A stretch of DNA of 52,113 bases from Planctomycetota bacterium (GTDB lineage Bacteria > Planctomycetota > Planctomycetia > Pirellulales > UBA1268), in contig JBJOKF010000054.1 in the NCBI GenBank assembly GCA_046046235.1, positions 1 through 52,113 of the forward strand. The letters run 5' to 3'. The notes beneath the pieces are model-generated. The model was not told where the DNA came from. It was given only the letters and a program-made list of their open reading frames with translations, and searched no databases. This document shows, piece after piece, positions 23,091-33,395 of the stretch. Both the position numbers and the translations under genes were made by a program. The first letter of the stretch is position 1. Each line of letters begins with the position of its first letter.

Positions 23091-23255
23091 ATCACGGGAG
23101 GGCCGGGGCCGCTCCCGCCCTGAGAGCCGGCGTATGTTGACAAGCGCAGCCAGGATGGCGAAGCGCGGTCAGCATCCGAGTGAGCGGAGGCCCGGAAGGC
23201 CGACGCGAACGTCCGGCGACGGGGCAGGGACGGCCCCGGCCCGGCACGCTTGTCT

Positions 23256-23283
23256 GCCCGGATTCGACACGTTGAACAACGTG
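23256..23283 (-). repeat. 28-nt palindromic dispersed repeat, copy 2 (inverted relative to copy 1)
   Basis: GCCCGGATTCGACACGTTGAACAACGTG. It contains the perfect 9-bp-arm palindrome GACACGTTG-AA-CAACGTGTC and lies 109 nt upstream of the purC ATG. Confidence 0.8.
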
Positions 23284-23391
23284 TCGCCACGACAGCTTTC
23301 CAGTGCACGGTGACCATTCGGCCAAGGTGCCCGCCGCGGTGGCTCGGCCGGCCGACTGGACGCTCCGGCAAATTGCCGTACAACCAACTCC

Positions 23392-24315
23392 ATGACCGCC
23401 AGTGTCGTCACCGAAACGAACCTCGGCATCGGCCCGCTCTATCGGGGCAAGGTGCGGGACTGCTACCGCCTCGATCACTCGCCGTTCGGCCCCGCGATGC
23501 TCATCGTCAGCACCGATCGCATCAGCGCCTTCGACTGGGTGCTGCCCACCGCGATCCCCGACAAGGGCAAGGTGCTCACCACGATCTCGGCCTTCTGGTT
23601 CGACTGGCTCGCGCGGGAGCCGGGTGGGCCGGCCCATCACCTGCTCACCACCGACATCGACGCCATGGGGCTGCCCGAGGGCGTCGACCCTGAGCAGCTG
23701 CGAGGCCGGACGATGCTCGTGCGGCAGGCCGACGTGATCCCGTTCGAATGCGTTGTCCGCGGCTGGCTGGCCGGGTCGGGGCTGGCCGAGTATCGCCACA
23801 GCGGCACGGTCTGCGGCGCGACGCTCCCCGCGGGCCTGGCCGCCGGAGACCGTCTCCCCGAGCCGATTTTCACACCCGCCACCAAGGCGGCGACCGGCCA
23901 CGACGAGAACGTCTCGTTCGACGTGATGGCCGACCGCATCGGCACGGAGCTGGCGACGGAACTCAAGGAGCGCAGCCTCGACGTCTACCGACGCGGCGCC
24001 ACTCTGGCCGCGGACCGCGGCATCGTCGTGGCGGACACGAAGTTCGAATGGGGCCGCCTCCCGGACGGCTCGTTGCTGCTCGTGGACGAAGTCCTCACGC
24101 CCGACAGTTCGCGGTTCTGGCCGGCGGGCGTGGCCGAGCCGGGCCGCGTCCCCGATTCCTTCGACAAGCAGTTCGTGCGGGACTGGCTCGACGCCTCCGG
24201 CTGGGACAAGGCCAGTCCGCCGCCGAGCCTGCCGGACGACGTCGTCGCGAAGACCCGCGAGAAGTATCTCGAGGCATGCCGGCTTCTCACCGGCCGGCTC
24301 CCCGCGGCGCGGTGA
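23392..24315 (+). CDS. purC: Phosphoribosylaminoimidazole-succinocarboxamide (SAICAR) synthase
   Basis: 307-aa ORF with LYRGKVRDCY...LIVSTDRISAFD and ADTKFEWG motifs. Confidence 0.93.
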   Translation: MTASVVTETNLGIGPLYRGKVRDCYRLDHSPFGPAMLIVSTDRISAFDWVLPTAIPDKGKVLTTISAFWFDWLAREPGGPAHHLLTTDIDAMGLPEGVDPEQLRGRTMLVRQADVIPFECVVRGWLAGSGLAEYRHSGTVCGATLPAGLAAGDRLPEPIFTPATKAATGHDENVSFDVMADRIGTELATELKERSLDVYRRGATLAADRGIVVADTKFEWGRLPDGSLLLVDEVLTPDSSRFWPAGVAEPGRVPDSFDKQFVRDWLDASGWDKASPPPSLPDDVVAKTREKYLEACRLLTGRLPAAR

Positions 24316-24478
24316 GCGGTGGCTCCAGCCGTTCTCCCGATCGGCCGGAGGCCGGCTTTCAGGTCCGTTTTGGCCGTCTTTCTGGACTAGGGTCGCCTCG
24401 CGACCGCAACTAGACTTGGTCGGCGGCGGCTGGCCGCCCCGGCCCACCCCCTTCCTGCCTCGGACGTCTCCCGCTCCC

Positions 24479-25618
24479 ATGCTGCGCTACTGGACTGCCG
24501 GTGAATCGCACGGTCCCGCTCTGGTCGCCCTTGTCGACGGCTTTCCCGCCGGGCTCGAGGTCGACAAGGGGGCCATCGACGCGGAACTGGTTCGCCGCCA
24601 GGGCGGCTACGGACGTGGTGGCCGGCAGCGGATCGAGACCGACGCCGTGACGTTCCTCTCGGGGCTCTGGCGGGGCGTCACGCTCGGCAGCCCCCTGGCC
24701 CTCGAGGTGATCAACAAAGACGCGAAGCTCGAGCGGCTCGAGGATGTCGATCGGCCGCGGCCGGGCCATGCCGACTTGCCCGGCGCGATCAAGCACCTGG
24801 GCGGCGTGCGGGCGGTGCTCGAGCGGGCCAGCGCCCGCGAGACCGCGGCGCGGGTGGCGGCCGGAGCGCTCGCGCGGCAGTTGCTCGCCGCCTTCGGCAT
24901 CGAGGTGGCCGGCTGGGTCACCGAACTCGGCAGCATCGCGCTCGGGGGCCGTCCGGGCACGTTGCCGGAACTGCGCGTCGTACGGGATGCCAGCCAGATC
25001 TACTCCCTCCACCCCGAGCGCGATGCGGAAGTGACGGCGCTCATCGACCGTGTCGGCAAGGAGGGCGACACGCTCGGCGGCGTGGTGGAGGTACGGGTGG
25101 ACGGCCTGCCGATCGGCTTGGGCACACATGCCCAGTGGGACCGCAAGCTCGACGGCCGGCTAGCGCAGGCCGTGATGGCCGTGCAGGCGATCAAGGGCGT
25201 GGAGATCGGCCTGGGCTTCGAGTCGGCCCGGCGCCGCGGCTCGGAGGTTCACGATCCGATCCACTACGATCCGGCCGTCCGTGGCGGGCCGCAGTTGGGC
25301 TTCACGCGGCCGACCAACAATGCCGGCGGTCTCGAGGCCGGGATGACCAACGGCCAGCCGCTCGTGGTGCGGGCTGCCATGAAGCCGATCAGCACGCTCC
25401 GCAAGCCGCTGGAGTCGGTGAACCTGCGGACGAAAACGCCCGAGGAGGCGGCCTACGAGCGGAGCGACGTCTGCGCCGTCAGCGCCTGCAGCGTGATCGT
25501 CGAGAACGTGGTCGCCTTCGAGGTGGCCGCGGCGCTCGTGGACAAGTTCGGCGGCGACAGCGTCGCGGAGATGCGGGCCCGCTGGAATTTGTATCACGAG
25601 CTCGCGCGAGACCGCTGA
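24479..25618 (+). CDS. aroC: Chorismate synthase
   Basis: The ORF 24416 (TTG)..25618 has its canonical start MLRYWTAGESHGPALVALVDGFPAGL at the ATG at 24479, and also GGYGRGGRQRIE and RSDVCAV. Confidence 0.93.
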   Translation: MLRYWTAGESHGPALVALVDGFPAGLEVDKGAIDAELVRRQGGYGRGGRQRIETDAVTFLSGLWRGVTLGSPLALEVINKDAKLERLEDVDRPRPGHADLPGAIKHLGGVRAVLERASARETAARVAAGALARQLLAAFGIEVAGWVTELGSIALGGRPGTLPELRVVRDASQIYSLHPERDAEVTALIDRVGKEGDTLGGVVEVRVDGLPIGLGTHAQWDRKLDGRLAQAVMAVQAIKGVEIGLGFESARRRGSEVHDPIHYDPAVRGGPQLGFTRPTNNAGGLEAGMTNGQPLVVRAAMKPISTLRKPLESVNLRTKTPEEAAYERSDVCAVSACSVIVENVVAFEVAAALVDKFGGDSVAEMRARWNLYHELARDR

Positions 25619-25658
25619 CGGCGCCCTCGATCACGGCCTGCCAGCGACGGGAACAGGG

Positions 25659-26981
25659 ATGTTCATCGAACGGTCGGCATCGCGAATCCGCCTCATGCGC
25701 ACGGTCTTCGTGCTGCTCGGGCTCCTGCCCTGCCTGACGCTCGGCGGCTGGGCGGCCCTGCGCCACTCCCGCTTGCATCGCGAGGCGCTCGAGCGGCGAG
25801 CGGAGCAAGTCCTCGGGCTGTCGCTGGCCTGCGGCGGCGTGGAGCACGTCCGCCCCGACGCGCTGCGACTGCGGTCCTGCCGGCTGTCGTCGCCGACGGG
25901 CGGTCTCGTGCTCGAGGCCCCGCTGATCGACGTGGAGACGTCGGCGGACGAGGTGCGGGTGTCGATCGCGCGGGTCGACTGCACTCCGGCGCTGGCTCGC
26001 GGACTGCTTGGGCTGGCCGCCGACTGGCTCGGGCAGCCCGGCCGCTTCCCGCGGAACTGTGTCGTCGATGTCGCCGAGTTCCACTGGAGCGGCCACCCGT
26101 CGCCCCCCGGGGCGGCGTCGGGCTTGAGGCTCGAGTGCGTCGCGGCCAACGGCGCGCGGGCGATTCGCGCGCGGCGGGGCGGCGCGGGGGACGCGCCCGC
26201 CGACGAGGTGCGACTGCGGCGGGTGCCGGAGAACGCGGTGCCGGCGGATGCCCCCGCACCGCCCGGGGCCCCGCGGTTCGAACTCGAGGCGCACCTGTCG
26301 GAGCCCGTGCCGGTGGCGGTGGTCGAGGCTTTGCTGGGCGTGGAGACCGGTGGTTTGCCGCTCGGCGCGGAGGCCGGAATCAGCGGTGACGTGACACTCG
26401 CAGTTGAAGACGATCGGTTCAGTGGCACCGCCGCGGTGCGGTTGGAGCGGATCGATCTGGCCGTGTTCAGCCGGCATATGCCGCACCGCTTGTCGGGGGA
26501 GGCGACGGTGTCATGCCCGAACCTCGTGCTCGCGAAGGGCCGCATCGCGTCCTGCGACGCACGCGTCGACATGTCCCGCGGCCGCGTCGCGCAGCGACTG
26601 CTCGATGCGGCAGTGTCGGTCCTCGGCTGCCGCCCCGGGCCGGCCTTCCGCTCGCTGACCGGCGAAGAGACGCGGGCCTTCGACGACCTCGCCCTCTCGA
26701 TCAAGGTCGTCCGGTCCGGCATCGAGCTGCGGGCGGATCCGGCACGGGCCGGCGGCCTGGCACGAGTGCAGGGATTGGCGCTCCTGGAAGAGCCGCGGTC
26801 GGCGGTGCCGCTCGATCGCCTGGCCTGGTTTCTCGCCCCTCCCGGGGCCGTGGCGCTGCCCGCCTCGCGAGCCACGGCATGGCTGCTCGAACGACTCTCG
26901 TGGGAGGCTGCGCCGGCCGGTGGTGCGGCCCTGGCACCCGCCGATCAGGCGGTGCGGCCGACCGGTCGGAGCGAGTTTTGA
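25659..26981 (+). CDS. Hypothetical membrane-anchored protein
   Basis: 440-aa ORF, 40 nt downstream of aroC. It has a single N-terminal hydrophobic helix (VFVLLGLLPCLTLGGWAAL). I recognise no catalytic motif. Confidence 0.55.
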   Translation: MFIERSASRIRLMRTVFVLLGLLPCLTLGGWAALRHSRLHREALERRAEQVLGLSLACGGVEHVRPDALRLRSCRLSSPTGGLVLEAPLIDVETSADEVRVSIARVDCTPALARGLLGLAADWLGQPGRFPRNCVVDVAEFHWSGHPSPPGAASGLRLECVAANGARAIRARRGGAGDAPADEVRLRRVPENAVPADAPAPPGAPRFELEAHLSEPVPVAVVEALLGVETGGLPLGAEAGISGDVTLAVEDDRFSGTAAVRLERIDLAVFSRHMPHRLSGEATVSCPNLVLAKGRIASCDARVDMSRGRVAQRLLDAAVSVLGCRPGPAFRSLTGEETRAFDDLALSIKVVRSGIELRADPARAGGLARVQGLALLEEPRSAVPLDRLAWFLAPPGAVALPASRATAWLLERLSWEAAPAGGAALAPADQAVRPTGRSEF

Positions 26982-27165
26982 CGCAAGTTTGACAGTGCGG
27001 CGACGTGCGGCTGACGGCGGAGGCTGGCAAGCCTGACGAAATACGCCACAGTATCGCCTGCCGGTGGAGTGCCGGCTCCGCGGCGCACGGCTGCGGGCAC
27101 CGCCGGCCAGTGGCGCCTCGCCCGGTCGGCTTGTCGATCATTCGGCTTCACGAAAGGAAACGCTG

Positions 27166-28215
27166 ATGCCCGCTTCCCGTACCCGTCCCCGCAAGCCTCA
27201 CGGCCGGGAACATCACGACGCCTCCTCGCGGCACGCGGCCATCAGGCCGGCGCCATCGGGCCAGGATCATACCGACGATTTCGGCCGTGAGGCTGTCTAC
27301 GACCCGCGGCAGCACGACGGCGAAGAGGCCGGGAGCCTGGCCATCGAGCCGCGTCAGGACGGCCACGGAGCGGTCTCCGGCGTCGACTGGCCGGTGCTGA
27401 TCTGGATCGTGGGTGTGCACCTCGCGGCGCTGTCGGCGCCGTTTTGTTTCTCGTGGTCGGGGTTGGCGATCTGTATGGCGCTCTATTGGTTGACCGGCAG
27501 CCTGGGCGTCTGTCTTGGGTACCACCGTCTCCTGACGCACGGCAGTTTCACGACGCCGCGGCCGGTGCGGCTCTTCTTCGCCTGGCTCGGTGGCGTCTCC
27601 GGCGAGGGCTCGGCGCTCTTGTGGGTCGCCAATCACCGCAAGCACCATGCGTTCAGCGACCAGGAAGGCGATCCGCACACGCCCCACGATGGCGGTCTCT
27701 GGGCCCACATCCTCTGGATGTTTCCGCGTCGCACGCCGGAGGAACTCGCGGCCCACATCAGCCGCTGGGCACCCGATCTGGATCGGGATCCCGGCCTCCA
27801 TTTCCTGCAGCGGACGTTCCTCCTCTGGCATGTCCTCATCGGTGCCGCGCTCTTGGCCGGCGGCTGGTGGGTGGGCGGCCCGCAGTTGGGCGTCTCCTGG
27901 CTCGTGTGGGGGCTGGCTCTCCGCATGGTGATCGTGTTCCACGTGACGTGGCTCGTGAACTCGGCGACCCACATGTGGGGGTATCGCAACTACGAGACGA
28001 CCGACGATTCCACGAATCTTTGGTGGGTCGGCCTGCTCGCCTTCGGCGAGGGGTGGCACAACAACCACCACGCTTACCAGCGGATGGCCCGCCACGGCCA
28101 TCGGTGGTGGGAGGTCGACGTCACCTATTGGTTCATCCTGCTCATGGAGTCGGTCGGCCTGGCCAGGAACGTGGTGCACACCCCGTACGGCCGGGGCGGC
28201 CAAGCGAAGGGCTGA
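27166..28215 (+). CDS. Membrane fatty-acid (acyl-CoA/acyl-lipid delta-9-type) desaturase
   Basis: It carries three histidine boxes: HRLLTH, HRKHH and HNNHH. The ATG at 27166 is preceded by AAAGGAAA. The ORF-track start at 27064 is probably an over-extension. Confidence 0.88.
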   Translation: MPASRTRPRKPHGREHHDASSRHAAIRPAPSGQDHTDDFGREAVYDPRQHDGEEAGSLAIEPRQDGHGAVSGVDWPVLIWIVGVHLAALSAPFCFSWSGLAICMALYWLTGSLGVCLGYHRLLTHGSFTTPRPVRLFFAWLGGVSGEGSALLWVANHRKHHAFSDQEGDPHTPHDGGLWAHILWMFPRRTPEELAAHISRWAPDLDRDPGLHFLQRTFLLWHVLIGAALLAGGWWVGGPQLGVSWLVWGLALRMVIVFHVTWLVNSATHMWGYRNYETTDDSTNLWWVGLLAFGEGWHNNHHAYQRMARHGHRWWEVDVTYWFILLMESVGLARNVVHTPYGRGGQAKG

Positions 28216-28259
28216 AAGCCGTCTCCGGGTCGGCGTTCGCCGTGTCCGGCAGTGTCCAG

Positions 28260-28287
28260 TTGCATTTTCCGGCTCTGTGGGTACACT
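28260..28287 (+). promoter_or_regulatory. Candidate sigma-70 promoter for rpsO
   Basis: TTGCAT (28260-28265), a 16-nt spacer, then TACACT (28282-28287), about 60 nt upstream of rpsO. It is followed by the hairpin CCGCCCG-TGGA-CGGGCGG just before the start codon. Confidence 0.35.
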
Positions 28288-28349
28288 TCGGCCCCAGAGA
28301 AACACATTCCCACAATCAATGCCGCCCGTGGACGGGCGGGTTAGGCTCG

Positions 28350-28619
28350 ATGTCGCTTACTAAAGAACGCAAGCAAGAGCTGATCAGTGCCTATCGGCGA
28401 GGGACCGCCGACACGGGTTCAGCGGAGATTCAAATCGCCCTGTTGACGGGTCGGATTTCGCATCTCACGGAACACTTCAAGAAGCATTCCAAGGACTTCG
28501 CCAGTCGACGCGGCCTGCTCATGATGGTGAGCCGGCGTCGTCAGCTTCTTGATTATCTCAAGCGAGTCGCGCCCCAGCGGTATCTCGACGTCATCCGACG
28601 GCTGGAGATTCGCAAGTAG
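28350..28619 (+). CDS. rpsO: 30S ribosomal protein S15
   Basis: 89 aa, [70 protein letters not shown]. This is the C-terminal part of the longer ORF-track frame 27444..28619. Confidence 0.95.
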   Translation: MSLTKERKQELISAYRRGTADTGSAEIQIALLTGRISHLTEHFKKHSKDFASRRGLLMMVSRRRQLLDYLKRVAPQRYLDVIRRLEIRK

Positions 28620-28913
28620 TCCCTCTGCCGACGGCCCATCGCGGCGCGGCATTGATTGGTGAATGGCGTCCCTGCTCGTGCCGACCACCCCGGTGGAAGG
28701 CTTCTCGGGGCCGCACGTTTCGGCTCGCCCGGCGGCGCGGCACGCAAATGCCACGCCGACGTCGACGCCTCGGGAGTTCGAGGTGGGCCGTATGAGCCGG
28801 CCGCTGGCGAGAGTCCGGGTTTCGACCCGGACGCGTGGATGGCACGACGAAACGAGAGACACGAAAACGGAAGACGTACCAAAGCGTACGAGGACGACAG
28901 GAAGGAACAAAAC

Positions 28914-31046
28914 ATGAAGCAGCGCGTTGAACGGCAGATCGGGGACCATGTCCTTTTCATCGAGACCGGCTTTCTGGCCAAGCAGGCCGCGGGCAGCGTG
29001 ATCGTCGGCTATGGCGACACGCGGGTGCTGGTGGCGGCCGCCACCGGTGCGCCCCGTCCGGGCATCGATTTTTTTCCGCTGACCTGCGACTACCGCGAGC
29101 GGGTGGCCGCGGCGGGCAAGTTCCCCGGCGGCTTCCTCAAGCGCGAGGGGCGGCCCACCATGAAGGAGACGCTCACCAGCCGTCTGATGGATCGGCCCAT
29201 CCGGCCGCTGTTCCCCGAGGGCTTCTTCGACGAGGTGCAGATCCAGGCCAACGTGCTCGCCGCCGATCAGCAGAATGATCCCGACGTGCTCGCGATGGTG
29301 GGTGCGTCGGCGGCGCTGTGCGTCTCGCCGCTGCCGTTCCGCGGTCCGCTCGGCAGCATTCGGCTGGCGCAGGTGGACGGCCGCTTCATCCCCTTCCCCA
29401 CGCAGGACCAGTTGGAGGAGAGCGATCTCGACCTCGTCGTGTCGGGCAGCCCGACGGCGGTTCTCATGATCGAGGGCTTCGCCCGCGAGATGCCCGAGGA
29501 GCGGATGCTCCAGGCGCTCGACGAGGCCCACCGCTACATCCGGATTCTCTGCGAGATGCAGCAGGAGCTCGTCGCGAAGGCGGGCAAGCCGAAGAAGGAG
29601 TACGTGCTGGCCGACTATTCCGGCCTCCGCGACCGCCTCACCCGCGGCTACCTGGCCGACCTGAAGGCCGCGAAGGCGATCGCGGGCAAACAGGATCGGG
29701 GGCAGGCCGTCAAGGCGCTTCGCGAACGGGCGAAGGCCGAGGTCGCTCCGGCGGAGCCCGCCGCGACGGCCCGTGCCGGCGACGCCGGCGGCGTGAGCGA
29801 CACCGATTTCGCCCACGTCTGGCACGCCCTGGAGGAGCAGGCGGTCCGGGAGTTGATCCTCGAGGGCAAGCGGCCCGATGGCCGCGATTACACCTCGCTC
29901 CGCGCGATCCACTGCGACGTCGACCTCCTGCCCCGCGTGCACGGATCGGCGCTGTTCCAGCGCGGCGAGACGCAGGCCCTCATCACCATCACGCTCGGCA
30001 CCGGCAAGGACGAGCAACGGGTCGACGGCCTGATCGACGAGTATTCCAAGAAGTTCATGCTCGACTACTACTTCCCGTCCTTCTCGGTCGGCGAGGTGCG
30101 GCCGATCCGTGGGCCAGGCCGGCGCGAGATCGGTCACGGAGCGCTGGCGGAGCGGAGCGTGAAGCCGGTGCTTCCCGATCCCGACACCTTCCCCTACACG
30201 ATCCGCGTGATCTCCGACATTCTCGAGTCGAACGGTTCGAGTTCGATGGCGTCGGTCTGCGGTGCGACGCTCGGGCTGATGGCCGCCGGCGTGCCGATTT
30301 CAAACCCCGTGGCCGGCATTTCCGTCGGTCTCGTCAAGCAGTCGGAGCAGCAGTGGGTGCTCCTCACCGACATCATCGGTGACGAGGACCACTACGGTGA
30401 CATGGACTTCAAGATCGCCGGCTCGCATCTGGGCATCACCGGCATCCAACTCGACCTCAAGATCGACGGCATCTCGCCGGCGATCATCGAGGCGACGTTG
30501 CGGCAGTCCCGTGAGGCGCGGCTCGAGATCCTGCGGACCATGCTCTCGGCGATCCGGCGGCCGCGCGAGGAGATCTCCCCGTGGGCGCCGCGTCTGCTGC
30601 GGACGCGGATCGATCCGGAGAAGATCGGCCTGCTGATCGGTCCGGGCGGCAAGACGATCCGGGCGATCCAGGAGTCGTCGGGCGCGAGCATCGAGGTCGA
30701 GGACGACGGCACCGTCACCGTGGCCAGCCACGACGCCGAGGGAGCGATGGCCGCCATGGCGAAGATTGAGGCCCTGACCGCATCGATCCAGATCGGCCGG
30801 ATCTACGAGGGCCGCGTGACCAGCGTGAAGGATTTCGGCGCGTTCGTCGAGCTGGTGCCGGGCAAGGACGGCCTTTGCCACGTCAGCGAGCTCTCGGACG
30901 AGTATGTGTCGAGCGTGGCGGACGTCTGCCGCGTGGGTGACATCATGCGGGTGAAGGTGATCGCTGTCGACGACCAGGATCGCGTCAAGCTCAGCCGCAA
31001 GGCCGCGATGCGGGAGCAGGCGGAGGCGGGCAAGGAGCCCCGGTAG
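28914..31046 (+). CDS. pnp: Polyribonucleotide nucleotidyltransferase (PNPase)
   Basis: The ATG at 28914 (MKQRVERQIGDHVLFIETGFLAKQAAGSV) follows GGAAGGAACAAAAC. The protein has two RNase PH domains plus KH and S1 at the C-terminus (GRVTSVKDFGAFVEL). This is the conserved rpsO-pnp arrangement. Confidence 0.95.
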   Translation: MKQRVERQIGDHVLFIETGFLAKQAAGSVIVGYGDTRVLVAAATGAPRPGIDFFPLTCDYRERVAAAGKFPGGFLKREGRPTMKETLTSRLMDRPIRPLFPEGFFDEVQIQANVLAADQQNDPDVLAMVGASAALCVSPLPFRGPLGSIRLAQVDGRFIPFPTQDQLEESDLDLVVSGSPTAVLMIEGFAREMPEERMLQALDEAHRYIRILCEMQQELVAKAGKPKKEYVLADYSGLRDRLTRGYLADLKAAKAIAGKQDRGQAVKALRERAKAEVAPAEPAATARAGDAGGVSDTDFAHVWHALEEQAVRELILEGKRPDGRDYTSLRAIHCDVDLLPRVHGSALFQRGETQALITITLGTGKDEQRVDGLIDEYSKKFMLDYYFPSFSVGEVRPIRGPGRREIGHGALAERSVKPVLPDPDTFPYTIRVISDILESNGSSSMASVCGATLGLMAAGVPISNPVAGISVGLVKQSEQQWVLLTDIIGDEDHYGDMDFKIAGSHLGITGIQLDLKIDGISPAIIEATLRQSREARLEILRTMLSAIRRPREEISPWAPRLLRTRIDPEKIGLLIGPGGKTIRAIQESSGASIEVEDDGTVTVASHDAEGAMAAMAKIEALTASIQIGRIYEGRVTSVKDFGAFVELVPGKDGLCHVSELSDEYVSSVADVCRVGDIMRVKVIAVDDQDRVKLSRKAAMREQAEAGKEPR

Positions 31047-31106
31047 CCCTCCCGGGGAGCGGCTGCGGTACGTCGTAGGCAAGGAGCCGGAGCAGGAAGA
31101 GCGGTC

Positions 31107-31934
31107 ATGGCGTCCGTCGACGATCCCAGCCGCTCGAAGGCGGAAACGTATGCGGAGTTCGCGGCTCTCGTGGGCGCCCTGGCCCACGAGATCCGCAACC
31201 CGCTCTCCACCATCCGCCTCAACATGGAGCTCTTGGCCGAGGACTTCGAGCACACCGACCCCGAGTCGCCGACGAAGCAGCGGGACCGCCGGGCGAAGGC
31301 GAAGATCGACCTCGTCCGCCAGGAGTGCGACCGGCTGCAGAAACTGCTCGGCGACTTTCTCGACTTCGCGCGGCAGGAGCGATTGACGCTCGAGCCGGGC
31401 AGTCTGAACGTCGAGTTGGATCAGTTGCTCGACTTCTTCGCGCCGCAGGCCCGTGACGCGCATGTCGAGATCGTCCGCTACCTCGATCCGGAACTGCCGA
31501 TGGTGCGGCTCGATCGGGAGACCTTTCGCTCGGCCGTGCTGAACCTCCTCATCAATGCCGTGCAGGCCCTCGAGGCGGGAGGCCAACTGGTCGTGCGGAC
31601 GCGGCCCGCCGGCCTGGGCGTGCTCCTGGAACTGATCGACACGGGCCCCGGCATGGACGCCGACACGCTATCCAAGGTGTTTCGGGCGTTCTACACGACC
31701 AAGCAGGGCGGGTCGGGCCTGGGCCTGCCCACGGCCCGGAAGATCATCGAGGCCCATGGCGGCTCGATTGACATCGAGAGCACGCCCGGCAGAGGCACCA
31801 AGGTCACGATCTGGCTGCCGGCTCCGCCACGTCTCCCCACGGGCGACGGCCGCTCCGCCGGGGGGCGTGATTCGGCGGCCGGCGAGCGGCTGGACGGGCC
31901 GCAGCCCGGCTTCGTACCATCGCCAAAATCATGA
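31107..31934 (+). CDS. Cytoplasmic histidine kinase (HisKA + HATPase_c only, no sensor or TM domain)
   Basis: 275 aa with an H box (LAHEIRNPL), N box (LLINAVQA), G1 (DTGPGM), F (FRAFYTTK) and G2 (GSGLGL). Confidence 0.88.
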   Translation: MASVDDPSRSKAETYAEFAALVGALAHEIRNPLSTIRLNMELLAEDFEHTDPESPTKQRDRRAKAKIDLVRQECDRLQKLLGDFLDFARQERLTLEPGSLNVELDQLLDFFAPQARDAHVEIVRYLDPELPMVRLDRETFRSAVLNLLINAVQALEAGGQLVVRTRPAGLGVLLELIDTGPGMDADTLSKVFRAFYTTKQGGSGLGLPTARKIIEAHGGSIDIESTPGRGTKVTIWLPAPPRLPTGDGRSAGGRDSAAGERLDGPQPGFVPSPKS

Positions 31935-33370
31935 CTCAGTCCCGAGCCGCCGCCCCTCCCCAGCCGCCGACGCCCGTCGCCGGGCCGCCCGGCCTCGTGC
32001 GCGTCCTGGTGGTCGACAACGACATCGTCCACGCCCGGACCATGGGCGAGGTGCTGAGCCGCCTCGACTACTCCGTCGTGGTCGTCGGCAGCGGCACGGA
32101 GGGGGCCAAGAAGATCGAGCAGGAGACGTTCGACGTCGTCGTCACCGACCTGATGATGAACGACATCGGGGGGCTTGAGATCCTCGCCCGCGCCAAGCAG
32201 GCGGCGGCGGAGACGGAGGTGATCGTGGTCACCGGCCACGGCACCATTCCCTCGGCCGTCGCCGCGATGCAGCAGGGGGCGTTCACCTACCTGCAGAAGC
32301 CGCTGGATCTCGCCCACCTGCGGGCGGCCGTGGAAAAGGCCTCGGCCGGCGTGCGGCTGGAGCGGCAAAACCTCGAACTCAACCGCCGCCTCGACGAGAA
32401 GTTCGGCTTCGAGGGGGTCGTCGGTTCGAGCCCGCAGATGCTCGCCCTCGTCGAGCGGCTCAAGCGGATCGCGCCGACCGACGCCACGGTCCTGATCCAG
32501 GGGGAAACGGGCACCGGCAAGGAACTGGTGGCCCAGGCGATCCACCAGAACAGCCCCCGCAAGCACAAGCCCTTCGTGGCCCTCAACTGCGCGGCCCTCA
32601 GTGAGAACATCCTCGAGAGCGAGCTGTTCGGGCACGTCCGGGGCGCCTTCACCGATGCGTCGAGCGATCGCGTCGGCAAGTTCGAGTATGCCAACGGCGG
32701 CACGCTCTTCCTCGACGAGGTCGGCGACATGCCGATGGCGACGCAGATCAAGCTGCTGCGGGTGCTCGAGTCGGCCGAGATCACGCGCGTGGGCTCCAAC
32801 ACGCCGACGCGGGTGAATGTCCGGATCCTGTCGGCCACCAACCGCAACCTGGAGGAGGCGATCGCCGCGGGCAGCTTCCGCAGCGACCTCTATCACCGGC
32901 TGAAGGTGGTGACGATCGCGATCCCCACGCTCCGGGAGCGGGCCGCCGACATCCCCCTGCTCATCGAGCATTTCGTGCGGCAGTTCGCCAAGCGTCACGG
33001 GAAGACCATCAAGGGAATGACGCTGGCAGCCCGGATGAAGCTCGGCTCCTACCCGTGGCCGGGCAACGTGCGGCAGCTACGGAACGTGATCGAGAGCATG
33101 GTGGTGGTCGACTGCGACGAGATGCTCGACGTCGACGACCTGCCGCTGGAGCTCGAGCCGGCGGCGAGCGGGGTCCCCGCGACGGCAGCGGCCGCCGGCG
33201 TCGAGACGGGGGTGGCGACGCTCGTGGGACGCCGGCTCGACGAAGTGGAGCGGATCCTTATCACGGAGACCCTGAAGCTGACAGGCGGGAATCGGGAGCA
33301 GGCGGCGGAGCTGCTGGGCATCGGCGAGCGCACGCTCTACCGGAAGATCAAGGAATACCAGCTCTCCTGA
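31931..33370 (+). CDS. Sigma-54-dependent response regulator (NtrC family: REC + AAA+ + Fis-type HTH)
   Basis: 479 aa with a receiver domain (VLVVDNDIV...DLMMNDIGG), Walker [22 protein letters not shown] and a C-terminal HTH. The ATGA start/stop overlaps the kinase gene. Confidence 0.92.
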   Translation: MTQSRAAAPPQPPTPVAGPPGLVRVLVVDNDIVHARTMGEVLSRLDYSVVVVGSGTEGAKKIEQETFDVVVTDLMMNDIGGLEILARAKQAAAETEVIVVTGHGTIPSAVAAMQQGAFTYLQKPLDLAHLRAAVEKASAGVRLERQNLELNRRLDEKFGFEGVVGSSPQMLALVERLKRIAPTDATVLIQGETGTGKELVAQAIHQNSPRKHKPFVALNCAALSENILESELFGHVRGAFTDASSDRVGKFEYANGGTLFLDEVGDMPMATQIKLLRVLESAEITRVGSNTPTRVNVRILSATNRNLEEAIAAGSFRSDLYHRLKVVTIAIPTLRERAADIPLLIEHFVRQFAKRHGKTIKGMTLAARMKLGSYPWPGNVRQLRNVIESMVVVDCDEMLDVDDLPLELEPAASGVPATAAAAGVETGVATLVGRRLDEVERILITETLKLTGGNREQAAELLGIGERTLYRKIKEYQLS

Positions 33371-33395
33371 GAGGGCGGTCGCCGGGGACGGATCC

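Noticed and set aside
23284-23391. ZTP (pfl) or other purine-related riboswitch in the purC leader.
   Set aside because: There is only a vague resemblance (GGTGACCATTCGGCC). The conserved distal CCGCCTGGGC pseudoknot partner and the GGGUCGUGACUGGCG core are absent.
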